From contig OZ024758.1 of the NCBI GenBank assembly GCA_964016885.1, positions 10,602,001 through 10,666,000 on the forward strand: 64,000 nt of DNA. The letters run 5' to 3'. The notes beneath the pieces are model-generated. The model was not told where the DNA came from and searched no databases. It worked only from the letters and a program-made list of their open reading frames with translations. This document shows positions 13,840 through 29,328 of this stretch, piece after piece (position 1 is the first letter of the stretch; each line of letters opens with the position of its first letter). The stretch is from Eledone cirrhosa (Eukaryota). The translations under genes were made by a program, and so were the position numbers.

Positions 13840-14194
13840 TATATATATATATATACATGAATGTGTTGATATGGAATATAGAGATAATTGCTAGCTAGAT
13901 GGAATTCCAGCATCTTATTGCATAGGAAATCACTCTCTGCCTCGTGTTATATTGATTATTGATTGGGTGTCAAAACGTTAGTGTTAACCAATATTGACAC
14001 AAAGCTTATTGTAGACACGTATCGCGTGACATTAGTTGAACTCTCGCGTGAACCCCGTCCACCTTTTAAACATATGGTAATTTATGTGTCGATTGAAAAT
14101 TACATGGAATTGAAAGAGAATCAAATGAAATAAGAACATTTGAAGTCATCTTTACTACGTGATGATATTTCAATGATAATACAAATACATTAAA

Positions 14195-14581
14195 GGCGGT
14201 GGATTGGCAGTATCGGTAGAGGGTCGGACGCTATGCTTTGACGCAAAGAGTTACGGCCCTTTCCATTCTGAGTTCAAATCCCGGCGAGGTTAACTTTGCC
14301 TTTCATCCTTACGGGGTTCGATAAAATAAAGTACCAGTAATGTACTGGGGTAATTGCTGGCCTTGTGCCAAAAAGTAGAAACAATTATTACGGTGGATTG
14401 GCAGTATCGGTAGAGGGTCGGACGCCATGCTTTGACGCATAGAGTTACGGCCCTTTCCATTCTGAGTTCAAATCCCGCCGAGGTTAACTTTGCCTTTCAT
14501 CCTTACGGGGGTCGATAAAATAAAGTACCAGTAATGTACTGGGGTAATTGCTGGCCTTGTGCCAAAAAGTAGAAACAATTA
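14195..14581 (+). mobile_element. SINE family 1 head-to-tail dimer
   Basis: Two near-identical copies joined at aaacaattatta|cggtggattgg. Confidence 0.9.
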
Positions 14582-14699
14582 ATGTGTGAAGACTGAGGAA
14601 AAGAGGAATCACAGTAAGGGACCTTGCCCGCAACAGGAGCTGACATGGAAATGCATAGAGGGAAATGTTTGAAGATATCAATATATTACATATGCAAGA

Positions 14700-14900
14700 G
14701 CGGTGTATTGGCAGAATCAGTAGAGCGTCAGACAGCATGCTTCGTAGCATAGAGTTACGGCACTTTACGTTCTGATTTCATATCCCGCCAATGTTAGCTT
14801 TGCCTTTCATTCTTAAGGTGTCGATAAAATAAAGTACCAGTGACGTACTGGGGTTGATTTCATTGATTTTCCTCCTCTCTCAAATTGTTAACTTTGTGTC
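14700..14900 (+). mobile_element. SINE family 1, older subfamily with longer tail
   Basis: Diverged head and body; tail ggggttgatttcattgattttcctcc. Confidence 0.75.
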
Positions 14901-15386
14901 TAATCACAGTCGATTAGTGTAAATAACTACGTACTTTAGAAAATTGGGCAAAATCGCCCCATAGATGGAATGAGGCCATCAGCTCTTTCGAACTATCGAT
15001 CTCCGTACCTCATGTTACAACAGTGGATCACTATAGATAATAACAACTTTAGAAAATACACTTAAGGACGGAAAAAAGAGGCCAACAGCCATTACAGTGA
15101 AACGAACTCTGATCTCTCGAATGCCGACTGTTGTATACATTAAAATATTCAAACAAAAGAAAAGTCACCAATAGTGGAAAGACTTCCGAGGGTCACTCGC
15201 GGAGAAAGCCCACAAAAAACTACGGTCACCTTGACCAGTAAGGTTAGTAACCCCTCCAAGTTGACACCCTCCAAATTTACAGATGCACATTCAGAGCAGC
15301 CGGCTTACTCGGACCATGCTCGCCAATATCATTTACCTTTCAACAAACTGGCTGGAACTGGAAGGCAGTATTTTCCTTTTCACCCC

Positions 15387-15478
<92 letters not shown>

Positions 15479-16199
15479 GATATTAACAAATTGTTGTATC
15501 CCAACAATTTAAATAGAACTTTTACATATATATATATATATATATATTCACCCTGTCATAATAAAAATAAAGATGGCCGCCTGGGGTTGATTGTCCTTTC
15601 TTTTTAGAAATACATCAAAGGCAGATAATTTAGAAATTAGGGTTTTTTTTTCGTAAAACCCCTGGAAGTAAGATCAAGGGAGGTAGCTCTTGAGAGAACA
15701 CAGTCAAGATTGAATAAAAATAGAAGAAAAATATTTTTTTCTAGCTGACTCAAAGAATGTGTTTAATTCAGTTTAATTTTTCTGTTATTTTCCATTAAAC
15801 ACTCTGTTTGTAGAAAAGTATAATAAAATCAAAGCTGTCGCAGCAATAACACCAGAAAAAGAAATAATTAAATAAGTGACAAGTTAAGTCTTCCCAAGAA
15901 ACACAAGTAAAATGTTCAAACAAAATCTAAGAATATATTTCAAGGGAAATAACCACTCCATATTTTATATGTAGTTGTTTCTCTTGGAATTCTAGAATTA
16001 AAATAGAAACGCTGTTGAATTATTCGATCTTGTCTCTACTTTGTCATGTATAAAGACAAATTTAACGATTTCTAACATATGAGGGGAGGGGTGGACTTGA
16101 TTTAGTCAACAGTTTACTAAACTTGTTTGGACTACTATCTCCTTATAAAGAATATATTTCACTGTTAAGGTGATAACATATTACACGTTCTCATATATA

Positions 16200-16274
16200 A
16201 ACAATCTCAAAAAATGTATACACATTTCAACAGCAGATAACCAAAGTGGATATACATTTTTGGGGGACACGCTG
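16200..16274. mobile_element. Tiny Tc1/mariner-type MITE, diverged
   Basis: caaaaaatgtata / tatacattttt..ggacacgctg-TA; related to 52011-52087. Confidence 0.55.
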
Positions 16275-16287
16275 TATATATATATAT

Positions 16288-16371
16288 GGATGGAACCAGT
16301 TTTAAATTAGTTAGACCACATTAGCTGCTAAAAGGGCAAGAGCTCAGCCTTCGGGCCCCGACTCTTTCTGG

Positions 16372-16373
<2 letters not shown>
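16288..16373 (+). mobile_element. Diverged relative of family B in (AT)n
   Basis: attagctgctaaaagggcaagagctcagccttcgggcc aligns to attagccgtcgaaacggcttgagctcagccgtcggggt. Confidence 0.5.
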
Positions 16374-16432
<59 letters not shown>

Positions 16433-16436
<4 letters not shown>

Positions 16437-16593
16437 TGAGATTCTACAGGACTAGAACTGTTTCATTCTTTAGAAATCACCAGGAATCAGTTCTAGTCCT
16501 GTAGAATCTCATCTATATTAAAACTTTTATACTCTGCAATGTATTGAGTACCTTACTTACTGTGGTTACCCCGACTCAACCCGGAATAACTTA

Positions 16594-16596
<3 letters not shown>
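16433..16596. mobile_element. Fold-back PLE-like remnant (family E) in (AT)n
   Basis: Inverted arms tagatgagattctacaggactagaactg / cagttctagtcctgtagaatctcatcta; tail contains gtattgagtac. Confidence 0.75.
16441..16487 (-). ncRNA. Type I hammerhead with a mutated core (CUGGUGA)
   Basis: attc-CTGGTGA-t-ttc(taaa)gaa-t-GAAA-cag(ttctagtc)ctg-TA-gaat: stems I and III intact. Confidence 0.65.
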
Positions 16597-16646
<50 letters not shown>

Positions 16647-17018
16647 ATGTGTGTGTGTATGCATTTATTGAATTTAATTTGACAGGTTAACGAGCAACAT
16701 CTAATTTGTATTCTTAACCCCCCCCCCCACTAATCCTTCTTGTACATCAGTAATCGCGATACCGCTCCCTTTACTTTAGTATACCTGCCTTGATTTAGTA
16801 TGCTACTGCTCCCTAACGGTTTGTAGCCCCCACAATGGGAACAATTGATTTACTGAAACTCGTTATATTTCTAGCCCCCTATTTTACTATCATAGAAAAA
16901 AAGAAAGCAAATATTGATGCTGATGGCGCATAAAGAAGAAGAAGGAGGAGAAGGAGGAGGAGATGAGGAGAAGAAGAAGAAGAAGAAGAAGAGGCTTTTA
17001 GTCTCATTATACTCCAGA

Positions 17019-17208
17019 GGGCGGTGAATTGTCAAGTATCGGTAGAGGGTTGGACGCCATGCTTTCTGGCATAGTTACGTCCCTTTACAGCCTGAGTTCA
17101 AATCCCGCCGAGGTTAACTTTGCCTGTCATCCTTACGGGGTCGATAAAATAAAGTACCAGTAATGTACTGGGTAATTGCTGGCCTTGTGCCTAAAGTAGA
17201 AACAATTA
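17019..17208 (+). mobile_element. SINE family 1, full length
   Basis: TSD-like attatactcca / attatattcca. Confidence 0.9.
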
Positions 17209-17213
17209 TATTC

Positions 17214-17350
17214 CATATGTGAAACACTATATATATTCAGTATATATATATATGTGAAACACTATATATATTCAGTATATATATATGTGAAACACTATAT
17301 ATATTCAGTATATATATATGTGAAACACTATATATAAACAGTATATATAT
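17214..17350. repeat. ~33-35 bp tandem repeat x4 (tatgtgaaacactatatatattcagtatatata)
   Basis: Read directly from the sequence. Confidence 0.9.
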
Positions 17351-17826
17351 TCCTAGAATGCAGAGAGCTCCCTTGCGGTATTTTTCACAACCATATTATT
17401 GGATCCTCCTTTATACATCTTTATCAACGTTCTGTCAACTATTCTCTACATGGCTGTCAACGTTCATTAAATAACAGCCGATATAATTACTTCTAATCAA
17501 GCCGCTCTTCATTTTGGAGAGCCTTTGATGGAAAAACAGATTATGAACTGGAAACAAATAGTTTTTAATACTTAAGTCTTCTAACACTTGTCCACTTAAG
17601 CGGTTTAAACCTCTCCACCTTCTAATATCAAAACCACTCTGTATTCATTGTACAAGAACTAATTACAGTTAGATAAAGTTTTTGAAGAGGATAAACCAAT
17701 ATTTCCATGAGTGTGTGACAGCAAATACAATATATTACATAGTGTGACAGTTTTAATCAGTTTACCAGGGATACAGTTCTATTAGTGATCCCCTCTGGCT
17801 TCCCAACATTCTCTACCAGATATTTA

Positions 17827-18175
17827 GAGAATGCTGAGGATGGCTCTGAACATTAATCAGTATACACTGAGGATGAAAAACTCAGAGCTGTATGGGAGCA
17901 TCCCAAAAGTCAGCTCAAAAGTGACACAGAGGAGACTGAGGTTGGCTGGACATGCTCACCGACATCCAGAGTTGACATTGCACTCAGTGCTCCTTTGGGA
18001 GCCCCTACATGGACACACTAGAAGAGGAAGACCAAGGTTAACATATGTTGATGCCCTAAGGACAGACACTGGTCTGTTGGAGATGCAGGATATGGCAGCG
18101 ATAATGAGGGACAGAGACCGCTGGAGAGAACTCGTCCATGGATCTCGGGAATTTTACCCGCCTTAGATAGATAGA
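17827..18175 (+). mobile_element. RTE-clade LINE 3' fragment with (TAGA)n tail
   Basis: Near-identical to 12497-12837; ends ccgccttagatagatag. Confidence 0.85.
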
Positions 18176-18416
18176 CAGTTCTATTATAGTTAAATTAGTG
18201 GTTGTAGTCCCCTGGTGTATTACTGGTATGCACAGTATATTTGAGGACTCTTGCGATGACTTTAGAATAGAAGAGTGTTTATTGTTTTAAATTAGAAGCT
18301 CATTTTGTTCTGCCTTCATTTAGAATGAGATATAAATATTCTCTTTAACATCTCCATTAATTGTAGAATTGTAGAACAGTAGAATTTCGTAGTTGATGGT
18401 ACGGGGAGATTTTATA

Positions 18417-18605
18417 TAATTGTTTCTACTTTAGGCACAAGGCCAGCAATTATCCAGTGCATTACTGGTACTTTATTTTATCGACCCCGTAAGGATGAAA
18501 GGCAAAGTCAACCTCGACGGGATTTGAACTCAGATCGTAAAGGGACGTAACTATGCTGGAAAGCATGGCGTCCGACCCTCTACCGATACTGCCAATCCAC
18601 CGCCC
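18417..18605 (-). mobile_element. SINE family 1, full length, young
   Basis: TSD gattttatataat at 18408-18420 and 18607-18619. Confidence 0.92.
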
Positions 18606-18842
18606 TGATTTTATATAATGAAAGCTACACTCATTGCACAAGTCATCTCTCACCCACCCCCAAAAGCTATTGCAAATCTCCCCGTCGGATAGGGAGATTT
18701 GACAGGTCTGGCACAATGATAATCCCATCAATTAAGTTTAGACATAGTCGAGATAATTGAATTAACAATATTCAAAGATTAATAATATTATTTTAAAAAT
18801 TTAACGGAAGTCGGTTTTTTCCATAACACATCATTATTTATA

Positions 18843-19027
18843 GGTGGATTGGCAGTATCGGTAGAAGGTCGGACGCCATGCTTTCCAGCATAGTTACGTC
18901 CCTTTACGATCTGAGTTCAAATCCCGTCGAGGTTGACTTTGCCTTTCATCCTTACGGGGTCGATAAAATAAAGTACCAGTAATGCACTGGGTAATTGCTG
19001 GCCTTGTGCCTAAAGTAGAAACAATTA
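18843..19027 (+). mobile_element. SINE family 1, near full length, young
   Basis: TSD attatttatag; two differences from the 18417 copy. Confidence 0.92.
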
Positions 19028-21282
19028 TTTATAGTTAACATTATAATCTTCCCTAGCTGTGAATATGTTCATATTAACTGGAATATCAATTTATAATCTT
19101 GTGTCTAAGAGATTTATAAGAATTATATAGAGCGAAATTTTTACAAAAGTGTTTTTGTTAATATCCTCCAGTTAACTAAGATATATACAATATAATATGT
19201 TTCAATAATATTCATAGAAATATATTTCAAGAGGTAATAGCAATATATTAATGTATTGTCTCTCTGTAGATTCTACATTATTAAACTTTAAGATATAATA
19301 GAAACGAACAATTTTACACACACTTATATAAAGCAAAATAAATTATGTATGAATAATGATAGAATAACAATATAAACCTAACAAAGAGATATTTATTTGT
19401 TCATTGTAGTGAATAATGTGCTAGCTTCCATAATGTTCACATTCTCTGTTAAAGCCTATATTAATTTCACTGTGTAAATATTGAAAAAACGAAATTAATT
19501 CGTAGGATCTACAACATATTTTTTAAATGTAAATGAAAATAGACATATAGAATGGTAATAACAATAAATATAAGAGGACAAACAAAACTAATTAACTGAA
19601 GCAATATTTTTTGTCCGGTCGTAAATTTTGTAAGAATTGATTTCTTTGAATAGAAACAAAAACAAACTAACAACAAGAGTCTATTGAATTAATCTAATAT
19701 ATTTACTCGTACTTAATTTATCAACCTCAATGTAAAATAAGACAAAGTTGACGCCAATGGGATTTGAGTTGGAACATGATTAAATACTGCAAGGTATTGA
19801 GTCTGATGTTCAATATTTTCTGTTACCTTCAACGTAGAACTGTAATTTCCAGCCAAGGTTTCGCGACAACCCAAAATGACGTAGACAATATTTATGTTTC
19901 TATACACACAATAAAAGTACTCTTAAAATAACATTACATTCTTTACTTCAGCACTTCCTAACATCTTCTCTTCGAAGCTTCCCTTTTATTTAAAAGAATT
20001 ATCCCACGTATTAACCGCTATAATTACTTCTCGCTTAAATTGTTGACAACAAAAAAAAAAAAGACGGACATTTTTATATTTATTTAAGAATGGAAACCCA
20101 ACAATGTATGTTAAGTCTTTAAGAGATTGCTTGCAATCTTAAACTAGGCTCTCGGATCCCCGGCCTGGGAACCACAGATTTACTTTCAAACTGTCGAGTG
20201 GCAGTTTATTGTTAAAGAGTTCAGATAAAATTTTAGTAAAAAACAGTAATCAAGTTTGTGTAATCGTAATTAATGTAATGAGGAGAATACATCTAATTAA
20301 TTAATAATATACATGCGACCAGGAGGAGAAGGAAATATCTCAATTGTTAATCAATCAATCAAAACCAATAAGCTAGGGTGATCGTAGACGTACAGCAAGA
20401 AACACAATTCATTCTACAGCTTAGTACTGAATATAAACGTAGGAGAAGAGAAATATACTCAGGCGAAATATACTTGTCATGGGCCTCGATTTAGTAGGGA
20501 AAATGGCCAGAAAATGCTTACAGTACATTTCTTGGTTGACCATGTTAAGTACGATAGAACCAAGTTTACCGTTATATCATAATTCATAAACGCCTATCAA
20601 GATCCCTGCTTGAAATATTAACTAAGTTAAGTGCCATAGGCTTCATAGTATTCATAACGTTGCTGGCCTTTAAGGTTAAGCTGACACGTTTAATTCGTTC
20701 AATAAACACACCGTTGTCACTTATTTTTCCTGTTGCGAAGAACTATTATTACTTCGTTCCCTCGCCCCAACAAACATTTCAACTAACACAGCCAGCACAG
20801 AACGTAGCCACGACAGTTACACAGCTGGGGAAGGACTTACAATCATAACCACACATGCCAATAATAAACGTAAGCAAACACTCATTCGGCCCAGCTCACT
20901 TCAGGCTATTATGTATCATATAAATCGCGATCATAACGTATACTAAGGCAAAAAAAAACCCAACAAAAACAAAAACAAAAACAAAAACAAAAACAAGAAC
21001 AAAAAAAGCCTGACCGAAGCTAATAAATAAACCTAATGGCGCCGCTAAGTGGGAGACACACACACCACACACACACTCTCTCACACATACACACACAAAC
21101 ATATATATATAATATGTATATATTATATATATATATATATAATATATATAATATATATATATATATAATATATATATATGTACTATATATATAAATATAT
21201 ATATTTAATACATGTATATATATATATTTTCTTTTCGTGTTTTTGTGTATGTATGTATATATCAATATCTATCTATCTATCT

Positions 21283-22870
<1,588 letters not shown>

Positions 22871-23324
22871 ATATAGATAGGCATATTTATGACGAGAAAG
22901 TGAGAGAGTAACCGAGATAATATGATATATCATTTTGTTTCCCAATAAAGAATTATTACTTACCATAATGACAATACTCTTGATGGGAAGAAATAAATTG
23001 TGCAGCGAAGCCACAGTTTGTCAGTTATTACGAAACGACAACAAATAGGTAGAAGTTGATATTGGTTCTCGTGAAAGAGACAGCTAATTTTAACTTACCC
23101 TCTCCGCTTTAAAATGCCACGTACTAGCTCGACCTGATAGAAATAAGAAACATTACTCTCAAATCATACCTTAACGTCTAAGGTGTAGCCCGGGTGTGCG
23201 ATTGGAAATAGTGGCCCTTTAATGAAGGGGTGCAATGCAATATTTGGAAATAGTGGCCCTTTAATAAAGAGGTGCAATGCAATATTTTCTCTCGTCTTTC
23301 ATGCCTGATAATTTACACTTTCAT

Positions 23325-23576
23325 TATTATATTTCTAATATCCGCCGAGGTTGACTTTGCCTTTCATCCTTACGGGGTCGATAAAATAAAGTACCAGTAA
23401 TGCACTGGGTAATTGCTGGCCTTGTGCCTAAAGTAGAAACAATTATTATATTTCTAATATCCGCCGAGGTTGACTTTGCCTTTCATCCTTACGGGGTCGA
23501 TAAAATGAAGTACCAGTAATGCACTGGGTAATTGCTGGCCTTGTGCCTAAAGTAGAAACATTATTATATTTCTAAT
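23325..23576 (+). mobile_element. Truncated SINE family 1 duplicated in tandem with its flank (119-bp period)
   Basis: tccgccgagg at 23341 and 23460; attattatatttctaat present three times. Confidence 0.9.
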
Positions 23577-23995
23577 GAAAGGCATTAACTAATTATTAAA
23601 AATAATCTATTATTTTAAGGGATTTATTACTATAACTGATATAAATAATATTTTCGTTATTAACCTCCTGTTTCGAACGTAATAAGTTCTTACATAAAAT
23701 TATGGTGGAGAAATAAATATGTACACTTTAAAACAAGTAACTGTACAGTAAAATTAGGGTCGATTTCAAGTGATTTGCTAAAAAAAGGGCTTCATTAAGG
23801 GTGACATCTTGCTCATGTATAATTAATATACATTCCCACCATGACTAACCTGTCTTTTTGTGGTATGTATATCCACCTTCAAAACAGTCTAGATCAATAA
23901 AACACGGAATAATAGCGATAGAAGTACAACCTAATGGTGGTTTAACCAGTTAATCTTTCATTAATTGCTTTAAATCTTTAACAATACCAACGGAA

Positions 23996-24106
23996 TCAAA
24001 TCCCGCCGAGGTTGACTTTGCCTTTCATACTTACGGGGTCGATAAAATAAAGTACCAGTAATGCACTGGGTAATTGCTGGCCTTGTGCCTAAAGTAGAAA
24101 CAATTA
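23996..24106 (+). mobile_element. SINE family 1, 5'-truncated
   Basis: Body and tail match. Confidence 0.85.
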
Positions 24107-24925
24107 TTTTATCACTACAAGATGTGATTTGGCTGTTATTTCTCGTGACTTCATTGACCAGAATGAGGTACTCCTATAGGGAATCATGTCAACTAATTGC
24201 TAGAGTAATTCCAGTTGATTGGAAATGTTCAGCTTATTGTATCCAATATATGTAAGATCGTTCTCGTGAAAGAGTTTCCCCTGGACGGCCATACTGTATA
24301 TATTTAATAACAATTATTATTCCAACTCTTGAGGACCACATAAGCTACTTGGAACAATGTTAAAGGCTTAGAAAGAAAAAAATTCAATTAAATTGTTTAG
24401 AAAGGAAAACTAAGCGGCTTTAATTGAAATAGATGACCAGGACATTTGCAGAAAGTTATGATTATCATATAAATCTTGGCATGTAAAGAAAATTCAATAT
24501 TTCTTGTTTATATTAGCTTAAAGAAGAGTAGAAAACAACAGATAATTATATTGCAGTTAACTCAAGATAATACAATTGCGTAGAATTTCTTATACACATA
24601 AACATAGATTCCCCCCCTTCCCCCCCTCTCTCTCTCTCTCTCTCTCGCTCGCTTTCTCCATATCTTGGAGTATATAATATCTACATAGATTTACAATAAA
24701 AACATATACCTATCAATCTTTTCTTCTCTCTATTTTTCCTTCTCTTTTCTTTCTTTCTATTAGTTTATTTATTTATCTAAATTGCATTCTTAACGTATAA
24801 TATATTTTGAACAACACACATACAATACATACAACACATACAGTACAGACAATATGTGGCACAATTTAATAACCTTTGGAAATATGTAGAAGAGGTCTAT
24901 GTGTGTATATTTGTGTGTGTTTACT

Positions 24926-24965
<40 letters not shown>

Positions 24966-25269
24966 ATATTATGTATTTATATATATATGTTATATTATGT
25001 ATTTATATATATATATATATATGTTATATTATGTATTCATATATATATATATATATATACACGTGTGTGTATAAATATATATTATATTATTTCATATTCA
25101 TATATATACATAGATACATAAATATATAGAATATATATATATATGTATAATAACCAGATATAAGTCTCGGTACCTATATTTTATACGGCGATCATGTCAC
25201 AGCTACCTCAGAACAGGAACAAGAACAAGAACAAGAAAAGTAATTGAATTATAAATAGTTATTGAATAT

Positions 25270-25475
25270 CATGTTAAGTAGTGTTGGCCTCACGATAACA
25301 AAGTCGTTGGCTGGATTCTCTAAACGGGCAACACTCTATTCTTGAGCAAGTTATTTTATTTCACGTTCATTCAGTCCACTCAGCTGAGAATGAGTACCAG
25401 TGATAACTAGGGATTAACCTTGTGATGAACTGGTGTCCCTTCCAGCTCGCCCATGTATCTGGGATAAGCTCTTGA
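25270..25475 (+). mobile_element. SINE family 2, old copy (another at ~46380-46640)
   Basis: cttgagcaagttattttatttcacgtt..cagtccactcagctgagaatgagtacc..gggataagctc. Confidence 0.6.
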
Positions 25476-26112
25476 CCCCGTTTAAGTTGTGGAAGCATTG
25501 CAAAATGCATAAAACGATAACTCAATTAAAACTCGTTTACTTAAAATGCATTGTCTGTAAAAGAAAGAAAATCAGAGCTGGCATTTTGAATAGTTGTGAA
25601 TAACATTTCATTTAAAATGATTCTAGACTAATGTAGATTAACATTTCAGATATTGTGAAATTTTTTTTTTTTTTTAAATCTATTTTAGCTTAACCTAGTT
25701 TTTTAAATTTAAATACACCGATAAAACTGTACACCATTTCGAGTACTTAAGAAGATAGGCTCATGTACATCTAGGAATAAACCTCTATGATGTTATCTAG
25801 TTAATTCAACAACTGCACTTCCATAGGAACGAGAAAAAGTGCCTCTGGATGTCTATGTATGAGCATACGTTTGTAAGCCTGTATATGTGTATGCATATGT
25901 GTGTATGTGTTTGCATCTATGTGTGAAGTGTATGTGAATGTGTAGTAGGGAAAATTAATGCTAAATTTAGTCTGATATTTCAAGAAGACATTCTCGTAAG
26001 AAGTTATAGAATTTTAAACTAATTAAAATCTGTAAATACTCTTTGTTCTTATAGTTGTTATTATAATTGCTTTCTTAATATTTTTTGCCGTTGTTGTAGT
26101 TGTTGTTATGGC

Positions 26113-26143
<31 letters not shown>

Positions 26144-26738
26144 GCTATTGTTCCTGCCAAAGTGTTTCTTTCTTTCCTTTTAATACAAACTGCTTACTGT
26201 CAATCTGCAACTTGCCAATCAATCTTACAATTCCAGTATTACTACTGAACAGACATACGAGGCATATAATTATTGAACAGATCTCTTCACGTTCTCTATT
26301 ACCCACCACACACGACCACACAACACCACCACAAACGCCACCAGAACAACTTCGGATCAACTTAATGATATAATGAAAGCACAAGAGTTCATTATGTTTT
26401 TTTTTATACTTTACTTTATTTTTTTTTAAATTCCAATTTTATTTTAAAAAAAACAACAAAAAAAAACAACAACAACAGCACACAAACAAACATACAGGGA
26501 AGAAAAATATATAGTTAAGCAAGCCATTATAGATCTGTATTTCTTGATTCATGAGAATGGTGTGCAAAAATGTCAAGATGTAAGCGGCAAAACGTATGGA
26601 AATGTCAGAAAGAAAAGTTCAGATTAAAAATTTGCAAATGTCTTTAGTGTTGAACTTTCTTAACTGAAGGTTGTAAAGTATAAAGATGTTGTGCATTCAA
26701 TGCAACACACGCATACACACATACATAAATATATACAT

Positions 26739-26853
<115 letters not shown>

Positions 26854-27025
26854 CATACATATGCAACTGTATTTACAAACGTACAAACACAATCTCATAC
26901 ATATACACTCATATGTATCTATAAATATACATTATATATACATATACATGTATATATATATATATATATACATATATCCCTTCCATATACTGTACCGATT
27001 GTGTTGTTATTTCTGTTTACCTTTT

Positions 27026-27139
<114 letters not shown>

Positions 27140-27154
27140 ACGCATATATATATA

Positions 27155-27195
<41 letters not shown>

Positions 27196-27209
27196 AATAT
27201 ATATGTATA

Positions 27210-27255
<46 letters not shown>

Positions 27256-27934
27256 CGTTTACCGAGACGCTTGGGTGATGTAAAATTTGAAGTGCTGGAA
27301 TCCAAACACAGAAATAGCTATGTAGATAAAAATAGCTTTGGAAAATCGGGTAAAATACGTTTAGTGACTGAAAAAGGTGGCCCAGTAGCTACTACAGAGA
27401 ATCGACCTTTGTGTCCCTAGAATTAAGCATTCACTAATTTTGAGTATTCCTTATTTGTATAATTATTTACTGCGACAATTGTGAATAGCCTTAATCTCTG
27501 GATATATTGTTACTGCATTCATTTCTCCTGAGACTCTCTTTCAATTAAAACTCTTGATCAATTATTATCCCAATTGAGATTCGGTTTCAATTATCAGTTA
27601 ATTCAGTTTATTTCATTTATTCATGTTGTGTCCTCATATAACAATATCGAATAATGTGGAGTGAGTTTGTCCTCACTTAGTCATTAGCTCTTTCACATAA
27701 CTTACATCCATATTAATCGTTGAACATGTCAACATATATCAGTAAGGGAATTTAGTCAGAAGAGCCATCGGCATGAAGAACAATAGCTTAATATATTTAC
27801 TGTAGAGAGTATCAGGATGACGGTAACTACGATGTCGCCCAATATTATCATATTCAATAAGTTATGGATTCAATAAGTTATGGATTCAATAAGTTGTAAG
27901 TAAGTGTAAATAAATTGAACGCTCGAAGAATAAA

Positions 27935-28056
27935 AAAAAAATGAAAAAGAAAAAAATATGAGGTGGGGCAAAATGAAATAGATCAAATATTAACAGTTTC
28001 GATCACTATAAATCATACTTGAGAAACCGTGTAAAGTAACCCTGAAGAAGGAAATT

Positions 28057-28058
<2 letters not shown>
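27935..28058 (-). mobile_element. Partial copy of the tRNA-headed element at 28588-28860
   Basis: ~120-bp near-identical direct repeat of 28588-28708. Confidence 0.8.
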
Positions 28059-28113
<55 letters not shown>

Positions 28114-28156
28114 TTGTATGTATATATATATATTTGTATATATATATATATCTATT

Positions 28157-28304
28157 CTAAGGCGGGTAAAATTCCCGAGATCCATGGACGAGTTCTCTCC
28201 AGAGGTCTCTGTCCCTCATTATCGCTGCCATGTCCTGCGTCTCCAACAGACCAGTGTCTGTCCTTAGGGCATCAACATACGTTAACCTTGGTCTTCCTCT
28301 TCTA

Positions 28305-28311
<7 letters not shown>
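28157..28311 (-). mobile_element. RTE-clade LINE extreme 3' fragment
   Basis: Reverse complement of the end of the 17.8 kb copy. Confidence 0.85.
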
Positions 28312-28330
<19 letters not shown>

Positions 28331-28354
<24 letters not shown>

Positions 28355-28572
28355 GAATAATCGAGAATCGGAAAGTCAGCTTACGAATTTACGATAAACA
28401 AATACGATATGCGTAGCAGAGGGCTCAATAATTTGGGTAAATCAGAGCTATAACTATCGTTAAAATGCTAACACATAGAGATCATGTCTAAAATCACCCA
28501 ACAGCCGAAAGAACGACCAGGAAGATTCGGGTTAACTCAAATAAAATATCAATAAATCAATAAATTAAATGA
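28331..28572. mobile_element. Unclassified ~220-bp AT-embedded repeat, homologous to 34261-34470
   Basis: Shared blocks cgagaatcg, cgatatg, aatcagagcta, acagcc, aacgacca, attcgggt in the same order. Confidence 0.6.
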
Positions 28573-28587
28573 ATATATATATATATA

Positions 28588-28855
28588 AAATGAAAAAGAA
28601 AAAAAATATGAGGTGGGGCAAAATGAAATAGATCAAAGATTAACAGTTTCGATCACTCTAAATCATATTTGAGAAACCGTGTAAAGTAATCCTGAAGAAG
28701 GAAATTTGTGGACGAAGGCGTTTGCGAGGAATCGAACCCGGCATCTCTCACAAGTCAGTCATAGACGCTAACCTCTAAGGTAACGAGTTGCTAACAATCG
28801 ATACCGTCTTATTAGGATATTTAAACCTATAGCTGGAAATGTAAACTAATTATAT
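28588..28855 (-). mobile_element. tRNA-headed non-autonomous element in (AT)n with upstream TATA-like box
   Basis: Perfect B box ggttcgattcc (28728-28738), A-box-like taccttagaggttag, tttaaata about 30 nt upstream. Confidence 0.6.
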
Positions 28856-28893
28856 TATAATATATCATATATATATATATATATCATATATAT

Positions 28894-28990
<97 letters not shown>

Positions 28991-28997
28991 TATATAT

Positions 28998-29130
<133 letters not shown>

Positions 29131-29260
29131 ATACTTTGGGAGCGTCATGTTGCCTATATATATATATATATTGTTGCCTTATATATACATATACATCTTT
29201 ATATAATATAATGTAATATAATATAATATAATATGTTTACGTATGTATATGTGATGTGTG

Positions 29261-29328
<68 letters not shown>

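Noticed and set aside
28717-28790. Functional tRNA gene
   Set aside because: The B box is perfect, but acceptor and anticodon stems do not pair; treated as a tRNA-derived head.
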